Source of the DNA: Paraspadella gotoi | Taxonomy: Eukaryota > Animalia > Chaetognatha | Assembly (NCBI GenBank): GCA_051294375.1 | Contig: CM119271.1 | Coordinates: forward strand, 5,237,281 to 5,301,280 | Reading direction: 5' to 3' | Length of the DNA: 64,000 bases | In this document: piece by piece, positions 49,519 to 61,509 of the stretch | How positions within the stretch are numbered: position 1 is the first letter of the stretch | Layout: each line of letters begins with the position of its first letter | Program-made: the position numbers and the translations under genes | Notes under the pieces: generated by a model | Database searches by the model: none | Told to the model about the DNA's origin: nothing | Seen by the model: only the letters and a program-made list of their open reading frames with translations

Positions 49519-52394
49519 CTCGGGGGAAATTATAAAAGATTTTATAAAGAATGGGAGGAGAGANNNNNNNNNNNNNNNNNNNNNNNNNTCCTTTTTGGTG
49601 GTCACAGGTGTATAAGTTATCTTCCGAGAAAAAGATGTTCGTATGCTATTCTATTCTTCTCATCTTCTCTCTTCTCCCTCTCATTCTCTCTCTACTCTCC
49701 TCTCGTCTCTTCTCTTCTCCTCTTTCTCTCTCCTCTCATCTCCTCTCTCTCTCTTGCTCTCCCCCCATATCCTTTCATATCTCTCCTCAGAATAGAAACT
49801 CTTTTTCTCGGAAGACTTTCATGGACCAAAAGGAACAGATGGGGAAAACCCGAAGAAAAACCGGGAAATGAATCAAATTAACGTCCTCTTTTTAATTGTA
49901 ACTGATTTCGAATGTTAACCAACTCCAGTATGGGAGAGAGAGAGAGATAGGGAGAGGGAGACAGAGAGCAAAGAGTTTTTAAATACGGAGTGAAAAATAA
50001 AGACAAATTGACTTCGCTTCTCTTACGAAACTAATAGCATTATCGGTTTATTTTACCACGGTAGGACATAGAGGATGTGAAAGAAACAAAGTGCCGTAGA
50101 TTTCAGAGATGGCATTTTTTGCACTATACCGTAAGATCTAGAGAGGTGGGTCAGCAAAATCCGATTAAACCAGACCTTTTTTAATGCTTATTAAAGTTAC
50201 AGTAATATTTAAATTTTGGTAAATATGGTCGGAATTTGAACGTCTGTATATAAAAAGCAAGTGCTTTAGTTTGAGGTTACTTTCAACTTTTTACGACTTT
50301 TCGTTGTTGAATTTGTAATAAAAATTATTGGTTTCTCTTTTAAAAAGTGATTTTAAACACCCCCCCACACAGAGAGAGATAACTACTTTTCGGGTTCTGT
50401 ATGCTCATTCAAAGTCCGTGACCAAACCCGCCGCTTCTTGTGGACCGTAATCACCGATTATTTTTTCTCTTGAATTCCTTCCAATAGAATCTAATTCCCT
50501 TTTCGATGGCCGGCAGGTATTCTGTCCCTTGTTGGTTGTCTTTCTGTTCAAATTTGGTAAGTTTATTAAAGCGTATTTAAGTTTATCTAGTTTTTTCCTT
50601 CGCAGATTCGTTGACTAGTAATATGTTTGACAGCAGTTTGTGGTTTAAATATGAAATCGTTAAGTGGCCATTATGTTACCGTACTTGAGAACATCGGGTA
50701 GTAAATATTTTTAAAAAAGTCACTCAAGACTAGTTTATAAATTACTTCTTGTAAATAGGCGGAGCTGCTCAGAGCAATTTTTTCTTTTTTTTTTGCAAGA
50801 ACTTTGCTTTACCTGTAACAGATAACTGACCAACGTCTTTTTAAATGGATTTTATTTTCTTTTGTGTTTTTTACCAAAGCAGTGGCCTTAACTTGTTATG
50901 TACGTTTTTTAAAAATTTCAAGCAAACTTTTGAATAAGCTCATTAGGACACCGAACCACGGAAATCGCCCTGTCTTTTAAATTTTTTTATGCAACGCGCA
51001 TTATAGAATGATTTGGCTTTATGACAATAATTTCATTTTCGTCATAAGTCTGCAGTCTAGTTCCATTCTTTGTTGTGATAATCTTTAATGGTTAATCCGA
51101 ACGTCACAAAAACAGGATGTGGCTGTAACTTCTGGTTACCGCAAAGAGGGTGACAAACAAGACAACTATATAAGGAGAATGAGTTCCCCTTGAGTGTAGA
51201 CCTTTGCTAAACGTCGTGATAATGATTGATCCCATTTTTAGATATCAGCCGAGAATTGCTTCAAATGAAAATGCATTTTTTTTAATTTTCGTTTTTAAGA
51301 GTTTGGGACCGGTGTTCAAACTTCTGAAAAATACGAGGTGATACAGCCTGTATGTACGGCGGAATTTAGTGGGTGTGACTTATACAAAGGTCGCATAAAT
51401 TTTGTAACGTAAGAAACACGTGGCCGCAATTTGCTGTGTGGGTCATCAATCGATGCGATCGTGTTAATGACCCTCTGATAGCTGCTTGTCTTTTTGGATC
51501 CTTCGATTTGTCGTCGATGAAGCCAAAGATGTCTTCGCTCTGGTATCGACGACGATACCCAGATCTGGAGGAAATTCCAGGTCAAAAAAATTCCAGCCGG
51601 GAACAAGCTCTTCTTTCAATTCTTTTATTTTTATCGCTCCTCTCTGCTGGTGGAATGTAAATGAGATCGTGGAACTATGGCCTTCAAATTGGGAACATCC
51701 TTTTCTATAAAGTAAAATCTGATCTGATAAAATGATAATAAATTTAAATAATTTTTTGAAATATTTTTTTCGAAATATTTCTATGTACAGCCAGCGCGAC
51801 ATACACTTTTAATAAACGTGGATTTACACAATGACTCGGCAACCGAAATATGCAACAGAAATTGGAGCCGCATTTAAACTTTGGGTTGCCATTAGGTATG
51901 ATTCTTTGTCATCATTTTTGGTACTCTTCGGAACATTCATTTTTACCGCAAAACAAAACCGATGCGAACGAGAAAACCGCAAAACCACGAAAATGAAATT
52001 TGCGATCAAGTTCTTGGTTAAATAGTCAATTTACTGCTTCTCCTCTTCCTCCTGTCCTATTTCACTTCAATCACACATTTTTGTAATGAATCGCAAATTT
52101 ATTTGCTAGTGCGAAATTTTTTTTGGGCCTCTGACCAAAAAATTTTTCCCTCGCATAGATAGGAAATAAATCTTAAAGAGATAGGAAAAATTCAGCAAAG
52201 GGATAAATATAGTAAAAAGTTTTTGTTTTTCTTTTTTTTTTTTTAGCTTTGTTGTAATAATATTAAGTAAAGAAAAAAACATTATAAACAATGAAATAAA
52301 AGGAAAATAGTTTTCAAAATTTCTTAAAAAGTTATAGATAAAAAAAACATGAACATGGTGAAAAATTAAAGAGGCGAAAAAAGGTAATAATAAT

Positions 52395-53460
52395 TTGGGC
52401 GAAATTTTAGAAAGTCGCTTGAAAGTCCGACCTTTCCTTTTTATTAATGGTAACAAACGACGCGTGTATGTCTATGGTAAGTATTAATCTCTCGCCACGG
52501 TACCTTTGAGGTATTTAAAGTAGTACCTCTAAGTACTTATGGCGAGATAATTACTACACCTAAGACGCACGACGGTCGTTTGGTACCTTTAATAGAAAAG
52601 AACGGGGAGCTCAAGAGACTCCTAAAAAATTTCGCCAAATTTTTATGTTTTTGACGGGTACTTTGGGCGAAACTGTTTTAAATACCCTAAAGTACCTATG
52701 CGAGATTAATACTACATCCTTAGACGCACACGGTCGTTTGTACTTTAAAATAAAAGAACGGGGACATCAAGGACTCTACTAAAGATTCGCAAGCAAATTT
52801 TACTTTTTTGACGCGGGTACTTTTTCTGATTAATTCTTTTTAATACCCTAAGTGACTATGCGCGAGATTAATACTACAACCTAGACGCACAACGGTCGTT
52901 TGTAAGGCCCGGCCCCGCCCCCCCGCCCCCCAGCCTTAATAAAAAGAACAGGGGACCTCAAGGACTTCTAAAAATTCGCAGCAACAAATTTTTACTTTAT
53001 TTGAACGCGGGTACTTTGGCGAAACTTTAATACCGCTAATACTATGCGCGAGATTAATACTACAGCGCTAGACGACACACGGTCGTTTGTACCTTTTAAT
53101 AAAAAGAACGGGGACTCAAGGACTCTAAAGATTCGCCAAACTTTTTGACTTTTTTGACCGGCAGTATTTGGCGTATAACCTTTAAATACCCTAAAATATA
53201 TGGGAAATTAATATCTACACCTAAGCGCAGCACGCGTCGTTTGTACCTTTAATAAAAAGAACGGGGACTCAAGGACTCTATAAATTCGCTCAAATTTACT
53301 TTTTTGAACCGTAACTTTGGCGAAACTTTAATGCCCCTAGATCTGTGGATATATGGCGAGATTAATACTCACCTGATGTACATTGGTCGTTTTATACACT
53401 AATAAAAGAACGGACATCAAGGACTCTAAAATCTCGCAACCAATTTACTTTCCTCACACC
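52395..53460. repeat. Satellite of ~150-185-bp noisy units (about 6) with one inverted arm at 52395-52520
   Basis: AATAAAAAGAACGGGGACTCAAGGACTCTAAA recurs at ~52591, 52751, 52938, 53098, 53251 and 53401; the left arm is the reverse complement of the unit. Confidence 0.8.
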
Positions 53461-54561
53461 CCCTCCTCTTCATTGGCCTCGCTCGGTACCAAACTTACTC
53501 ATTAGCTTTATCTTTTTTTTTTTTTTTTATAGCTTTTTAACGTTTAACGGTCAAATAAAACTTAACTAAAATATACATATAGTTGAAATGCCCTTATATA
53601 CTACTTGAGAGAGGCGGAAAGTTTTAGGACAAAAAAAGAAGCTCTCTATCTCTCTCTCTCTGCTCTCTCTCATCTCTCTCTTCTCTCTCTCTCTCTCCTC
53701 TCTCTCTCCTCTCTCTTCTCTCTCTCTCGTCCTTCCTCTCTCTTCTCTCTCTCTCTATTCTCTCTCTCTCTCTCCAACCTCCTCCCTTCCGTCTCTCTCC
53801 TCTCTCTCTCTCCTTATCTTCCTCTGCTCTCTCTCTCCTCTCTCTCTCTCTCTCTTAAATCCATACACCATTTCATACGATTTTACAACTTTAAGATTTT
53901 CCTGACTGTCTTATAGCATTNNNNNNNNNNNNNNNNNNNNNNNNNGCTATTATTATTCTTTACTGTTATTTAATATAAGGCAAAGGGAAAATAAGTCCAT
54001 TTTCTGAAATTTATGTCACCAACATTTTTTTTCCGTTTTGTTTTAATACGATCACTATTTTTCTTTTGGAAAAACTAAAAAAAGTAAAGGAAGTCGTTTC
54101 TCCAACTTTTCACTCTTTTTTTCGTTTTTAATCCTCAGAAAGAAAGATTTCAACTTCGCTGCTTAAAATTCTCGAAAGGGATTTTAGGACTTCACTCGAA
54201 GCACGAAAAAGAGAAAATAAAATATGAGAAACGGAAAGGAGAAGAAAGAAAGAAAGAAAGAAAAGAGGAAAAAAAAGAACGAAAAAAATAAGAGAAAAGA
54301 AAAAAAAGAAAAAAAATCAAACCACAAAGGGATACCAAAAAAGTCACTCGTGGCTCGAGTGAAAACAAATGTCGTCAAACGAAGCCAGAGACAAAAAATA
54401 ATGAGATAAAAACAAGATTGTCATTTTAACATTCAACGCTTACAAAAAAAATTAATTAACGAAAGCAAAACGAATTAACGATAAATAGCGTTGAACGTTT
54501 GCACACATAAACATCTCCCATTGCAGAGCAGAGAACGGAGGGAGGTTTGAAGGCTACCATG

Positions 54562-54637
<76 letters not shown>

Positions 54638-55040
54638 CACCTAATATTAACGAGCGCGTCATCTGCAGAAGGTCGGCCCCTTTTTTGATGTCCGCCGATC
54701 CAATCGATTCACACAAAGAGGTCGGTGAAAGACTCGCCGTCTGGGTAAGTCACCAGCCCGGTGAGATACCGAGAGGGGTGGGGCCGGTAGGGAGTGCCTC
54801 GGCTTTTGTGAGGGACAGGGTGAATCGTACATCACAAAATGCGAAAAAGCGGGCAACCGGTTTGAACCTCAAACGGGAAGAGGCTCTCCAAGACTGCGAT
54901 GCTGGCAAGATTCGTCATTATTGTTTGGCTTCATTCAGGAGATTCTCGGTTTGCCCATATGTGGCGCCCAGGTTAATGCTCCAGCACTCGATTACACGAT
55001 ATGGCGCCCATAAATTGTAAATGTACCCAGGATGTTAGTC

Positions 55041-55071
<31 letters not shown>

Positions 55072-55145
55072 GAGAGAGAGAGAAACGGCCTGGAGAATCC
55101 TCTCTGGAGATGGAAGCCGAGTTGTTATTATTATACAGATCAAAT

Positions 55146-55251
55146 ATTAGTAGAAGAAGTTTGAATTTGTTTACAACAACGATTTTATTGGTACATAGGG
55201 ACGTACCAATAAAATCGTTGTTGTAAACAAATTCAAACTTCTTCTACTAAT
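55146..55251. repeat. Perfect 49-bp inverted repeat with an 8-nt loop
   Basis: ATTAGTAGAAGAAGTTTGAATTTGTTTACAACAACGATTTTATTGGTAC (55146-55194), loop ATAGGGAC, then the exact reverse complement (55203-55251). Confidence 0.95.
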
Positions 55252-55544
55252 TCAAACACAACGAAACGAAAGGAAATTCGCGAGATCAAATATTATATTA
55301 TCTATTTTATCCTACTGTCAGTGCTACTAGTTGTTTAATAACGACTGAATACAAACATACTGTGGTGAACAACGAATCGTAAAGATTCCTCACTTCAGAA
55401 TGGACTAAACACATTTCGCAAAACAAAAAACAAAAAAGCAAAACAATTATGTGTTTCGTTTGTTTCAGCCTCGAGCCATTTCTCTTTCTCACATTGTCTT
55501 TCTTTCTCTGTCTCTGTCACTCTCTCTCTCTCTCTCTCTCACTC

Positions 55545-55614
55545 GCCCCTGTTGCTTAATGGGTGGAAGAAAGTGAATTCGGCGGAAAAAGTCTGCGGTT
55601 CGAATCCCGGGGGA
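55545..55614 (+). other. tRNA-derived fragment (pseudo-tRNA or SINE head)
   Basis: A-box-like TTGCTTAATGG (~55552) and B box GGTTCGAATCC (55597-55607) at tRNA-like spacing, but the acceptor and T stems pair poorly. Confidence 0.4.
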
Positions 55615-58314
55615 TGAAAAAATACAGGGTGATCGTCTGATATCTGCAGAATTCGTGAAAAAGCGTTTATCGGGAAAAGTTAAAAAAATACAAGTCTTTG
55701 TCGTACAGTTTCTTTTTCATTAAAGTAACCAGAAATGAGTCAAAAGAACACCACCTGCCGGCGCTAATTGAGCGTGAACACCCGGTAACGCGATGACTAA
55801 TCCCCCGAGAACGCCGCGTAAACGCGGTTCGAGTCCCCGGAGAATCGAGGACGAGGCGAACGGCGGGAAAAAGAAAAAAAAGGCGCCCCGGGGCCGATGG
55901 TCGGGATGCGTGAGCGGCGGTTTTGAGGTTTCGAGCAATTAGTCGTCGTCGCAACTTTGAAAACCATTGTCTAATGTCTAATGTCANNNNNNNNNNNNNN
56001 NNNNNNNNNNNNNNNNNNNNNNNNNNNNNNNNNNNNNNNNNNNNNNNNNNNNNNNNNNNNNNNNNNNNNNNNNNNNNNNNNNNNNNNNNNNNNNNNNNNN
56101 NNNNNNNNNNNNNNNNNNNNNNNNNNNNNNNNNNNNNNNNNNNNNNNNNNNNNNNNNNNNNNNNNNNNNNNNNNNNNNNNNNNNNNNNNNNNNNNNNNNN
56201 NNNNNNNNNNNNNNNNNNNNNNNNNNNNNNNNNNNNNNNNNNNNNNNNNNNNNNNNNNNNNNNNNNNNNNNNNNNNNNNNNNNNNNNNNNNNNNNNNNNN
56301 NNNNNNNNNNNNNNNNNNNNNNNNNNNNNNNNNNNNNNNNNNNNNNNNNNNNNNNNNNATATTCTTACAATATTCACCAAATTGCATGTCCGGCATTTCG
56401 TCGTTGTCGTCTTCGGATCTCTGTCGCGTGCAGAGAAAGGAACCATTTTAAAGAGGTTCTAGTGAAAGAAGGATAAATTCGCTCAGCCCCTTCANNNNNN
56501 NNNNNNNNNNNNNNNNNNNNNNNNNNNNNNNNNNNNNNNNNNNNNNNNNNNNNNNNNNNNNNNNNNNNNNNNNNNNNNNNNNNNNNNNNNNNNNNNNNNN
56601 NNNNNNNNNNNNNNNNNNNNNNNNNNNNNNNNNNNNNNNNNNNNNNNNNNNNNNNNNNNNNNNNNNNNNNNNNNNNNNNNNNNNNNNNNNNNNNNNNNNN
56701 NNNNNNNNNNNNNNNNNNNNNNNNNNNNNNNNNNNNNNNCGACGACGATTTCCTTCATCCAACGTCACGCTTGAGGAAGGATGTCTGTTTCCCTTCGTCT
56801 CGCTCCCCCCACTCACTCCCTCTCCATCTCTTCCCGAGATATGAATGGCACCAGATGTCAACCTAAACCCGGAGAGCAACGCNNNNNNNNNNNNNNNNNN
56901 NNNNNNNNNNNNNNNNNNNNNNNNNNNNNNNNNNNNNNNNNNNNNNNNNNNNNNNNNNNNNNNNNNNNNNNNNNNNNNNNNNNNNNNNNNNNNNNNNNNN
57001 NNNNNNNNNNNNNNNNNNNNNNNNNNNNNNNNNNNNNNNNNNNNNNNNNNNNNNNNNNNNNNNNNNNNNNGTCTCTGTCTCAATCTGGGTGCGGGGTTGG
57101 GTGAGGAGTGGAGCTCCTTACAATTCGGTTCCCTGTGTGCGATTTATAAATTGACGGGCAAGGACATAAATCGTAGATCGTAAAATGTTTCGTGTCACTG
57201 GTCTAAAGACTATATGGGAAATATTGTATATAGACTATAACAGGAAATTTTTATATAAAATCCAAATCAAAAAAATAAATCTAAAAAGTAAAGGACTTGA
57301 GTAGAACAAATATAATTTATTTTGAATATTAATAACAAAAGGGATACTATATTAATCAAAAAGTCAGTAAGCGTATAAAACAACTGGAAAACGATAAAAA
57401 AGTAAAAACAAAACTGGTAACAAAAATACATCAAAGACAATTTTTTTTTATAATATCAAAAACAATATTAGCAAAATCGATAACGAAATCAATAACAACC
57501 CTAATTAATTAAAACAAAAAACAAATGACATGAACGTAAAAATAGAAACATTAATAAAATGTTAAGAACTATTTCATTAAAACTATGAAAATAAACGTCA
57601 AAAGACGTCAAAGTCAAGGGCAAAGATAAAAGACTCCAAATGTCAAGCGAAAACAGAATTATTTCTGATACATAATCAAAATTCTTTTAGGTTGAATTGA
57701 TTTATATTAAAGCTCAAGTGGACAAAATTATTTAAAAAAAACTTCTTTCGAAAATTCCCTCAACTAGGCATTGCTCTTATTCTTTCACTGCAATATGCAA
57801 ATTAGATTAAAAGCCTAGATTGAGCGTTTCGTAGTCGGATCTAATCCCGCCGCCGTCTTTTTCTTCCCTATTTTCTGCAGCCGTTTAGCCGATGAACGGT
57901 GTCGCTGCCAACAACTTTTTTTTTGCGTCACCTCAGGTTTGGCGTCTGCCTTCGTTCGCGGACAAAAGAGCAATCGAAGCGATCAGCGGATGAGCNNNNN
58001 NNNNNNNNNNNNNNNNNNNNNNNNNNNNNNNNNNNNNNNNNNNNNNNNNNNNNNNNNNNNNNNNNNNNNNNNNNNNNNNNNNNNNNNNNNNNNNNNNNNN
58101 NNNNNNNNNNNNNNNNNNNNNNNNNNNNNNNNNNNNNNNNNNNNNNNNNNNNNNNNNTTTTTTTTATGTTCAATATTTCCTCTCTCTCTCGCTCTCTCTC
58201 TCTCCTCTCCCTTCCTCTTCGTCATCTCTTTTTCTTTTATCAATTTTTCTTTCTCCATGTTTGTTCTACTTTCCTCTGCTGTTCCTTTCCCAACATTCGT
58301 TCCCTTTTGTCCAT

Positions 58315-58315
<1 letters not shown>

Positions 58316-58400
<85 letters not shown>

Positions 58401-58415
58401 ATTCTATCTATCTAT
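58316..58415. repeat. (TATC)n / GATA microsatellite
   Basis: Directly visible tetranucleotide array. Confidence 0.95.
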
Positions 58416-59186
58416 CTTCCACGCTCTCACCCACTTCTCTCTTATCAAAAACCGCGTCGCCGCAATAATTAATTATCTATTTATCCTTAAACTTGTGCGT
58501 CTAATACTCTTCCATTTCTCTCCTTTCCTCCTTCTCTCCTTTCCTCTCTTTCCTTTCCTCCCTTTTCTCCTCGTTTTCTCCTTTCCAGATTTTTCTCTTT
58601 GTTTACTTAAAGGCCGAGATTATTCACTCGATGAACGACGAAAGCAGATTTTTTTTTTCGCTCCACCGGGTACAGCGTGGTCAAAATAAACCTCGGTATA
58701 TGTTATAGAAGCGAGTATCGGGTCGTACGAAAAAAAAAATACTTAAAAAAAAGATGGGAAATGACGGATTTTTAAGCACGTATGGTACATATCTAATAGA
58801 ATTAAGGTTTCTATCGCGAACCATTAACCGGGATAAAAAAAAAGTGCGATGTCGTAATTGAGTTGTCGTCGTTGTCGTCGTCGTTGTCGTCGTTGGCCAA
58901 TCACGCCTCGGGTCACGTGATGTCATCGACTTCTCGATGGTTGAGAATAAAACATCGCAAAAGCGAAGCCAAGCTGATTGCAACCATCCGACTATCCCAT
59001 TTGCATATGAATAACTTTGTATCCTTTAAATCCTTTTAAATGCAAAATACGCCGAGTTTAATGCGCGGGAATTTAATGATTCGCGAGACGCATACCTGAT
59101 TTTCTTCGTCGTGAGTTAAATGTTTGGTATTTTTTTTTTACTTTTTTGAATTAAACAAATTTGGTATCAAACATATTAAACACAGA

Positions 59187-59240
<54 letters not shown>

Positions 59241-59247
59241 AACAAAC

Positions 59248-59418
59248 CTGAAAAGTCGGCGTGAGCTTCAAGGAGTTGATCCAGTGATGCCCGGTGTGCA
59301 TCGTCCGCCCCTCGTACTGATCCCTTCCGAGGGACCACAATAGTTTGGGTTGCATCTCGAGTTCGCCCATGATCTTCGCTTTGCAGACAAAGGATGAAAC
59401 TCGACCCTCGTGGAGAAC
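59248..59418 (-). CDS. Ig-domain exon (VLHEGRVSSFVCKAKIMGELEMQPKLLWSLGRDQYEGRTMHTGHHWINSLKLTPTFQ), probably the same gene
   Basis: CACAG| acceptor and CAG|GT donor, 171 nt, phase 0-0. The EG....C.A....P.L.W ... S.L.L.P pattern matches C2-type Ig domains of nephrin-like proteins. Linkage to the downstream exons is inferred across N gaps. Confidence 0.75.
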
Positions 59419-61466
59419 CTGTGGTCATTGTGGATAAGAGAGGATGGGTGATAAGAATAGTCCCTCCTTTTCTCTCTAAAGTCTCGTTCGGGTCATTTTA
59501 AAATGACCACTATTTAAAGTGACCATTGTGATTATTTTGACTTTCGTGAGAGCTCGCGATACGTTTTTAATTTCTCTTCAGAGCTCAAACGTTGTACCAG
59601 TTTCGAAAACTCGTTTTTACGGGTTTCCGGTAGGATTTTGACTAATAAAGTTTCACAATAAAATAAGAAACGTCTTTTCTATTCGTGCCCATGTTAAAGC
59701 AGTCGGAACGGGCAACGTTCGAATGTTTGCCTTCGCGAGCGTGAGACCAAAATATCTCTCAATGGGATTTAATTTAATTTTAAATTTAGCTATTAGGACT
59801 TTTTGAGATGAGTGAAGTTTTTTTTTCATAACGAAATTTTAATGAAAAAAATCCCAGACATGTTTCGATCTTAATTTCAGAAAACGTTTCTCATCTCAAA
59901 TTGTGAAACCGACGAAAAAGAAAGGAAAAATATACTAATATTATTAAGACTAAAACAAGAAAAGACAATGCAGCTTTTTTTAAAAAAAAAAGTCTATCAC
60001 AGTCTGATTTATTAACTCTGAGAGAACCTGTCTTCGTCATCAAGGAAATGGAAGAGTATTATTTAACGGTGTCAGGCTTCTCAACCGTTTTATATATTTC
60101 AAATCCAGTCATATATATCAAGTCAAGTCATATATTTCAAGTCTTCAAGCATAAGCATCCTCTAAAAAAATGCTAAAAAGGAAACGATATATCATTCATC
60201 TTTTTTCGTCTTTTGTCCAGGTATTTCCTCTCGCCACGCCCATTTTTTCCCTTCTCTCCATTTCTTCCACGCCCAGTTTTTTTCTCGATTCTAAAAAAAA
60301 AACAACCCAGAATCTAAAAATAGATTCGCGCTAAAAAGTTCTCGCGAAACGTTTCGTGTTTTTTAAACACGTGTTTTGTCGAGACGCAATGTTTTTTTGT
60401 TCCGCTGAAAAATATGTCGCCTACGGAAAAAAAAAACGGAAGGCCGCCAGAGGCGTTTTTCTTTTTTTTTCTTTTTTTCTTTTTTTTCTTTTTTTCTTGT
60501 CTTTTCTTTTCTTTTCTTTTCTTTTCTTTTCTTTTCTTTTCTTTTCTTTTCTTTTTTTCTTTTCTTTCCCTGCTGGTGAAAAGTGAAACAAAAATTCAAA
60601 TGCGAGACTCGACAGATTTTCAACTTTGCTGCTAAATTAAATTTGTACAAAAATGACTTTTTTTCTCCTTCCTTTTTCGCCTTGAGGGTTTGGTTTCTTC
60701 GCGCATTGGGGGGGATGAGAGGGGAGGGAAAAGAGAGAGGGGGAGAAGAAGAGGGAGGAAGTGAAAGAGGAAGGGGGGAGGATCTCTCTGTTTCTCCAAG
60801 AGAAAAAAACTAATGAAAGTCAATTCAATGGAGAATAAAAAACGAAACCAACGCCTTTAGTTCGCCAAATTTTCATGATGAAACGAGAGAGAGATTGAGA
60901 GAGAGACGTGGAAATAGAAGAGAGAGAGAGAAAGAGAGAGAGAGGAGAGAGAGAGAGACGAAGAGAAGACAGAGAGAGAGAGAGACCAAGAGAGAGGAGA
61001 AAGACGGAATCGAAAGAAACAAATGATGACAAAGCAGTGAAACTTAACCATTTTTTATTCGCGCGGCACGTTCTGCCTGTATTACGAGCGGAGGCGGGGC
61101 GGGCTGGTGAATAAAATTTCTATGGAAAAAAATGCAAAATAAAAAGATTGAATAAAAAAAAAAAACGGGGAATTTTGATGAAAGTTTCCTCGGTTTGTAA
61201 GTAGCGGGTCGTTGTGTTGTTATCGTCGTAATATTCAACAGTCGTCGTTTTACTAAACGTGTTTTTTTTTAGATTGCTAATAATTAATAAGAGCTGAAGG
61301 AGCTGAAAACAAAAAACAAAACGAAAAAGATGGACAGACTGACTAGGTTATTTCTATTATTAAAAACTAAAATGATGATATTGACATCTAGTCGAGAGGA
61401 AATTCTTTGTTATTTATTTTGTTACGTTTGAGTCCGATATATCAGAGACAATTAGTCGTTGCAGAT

Positions 61467-61509
<43 letters not shown>

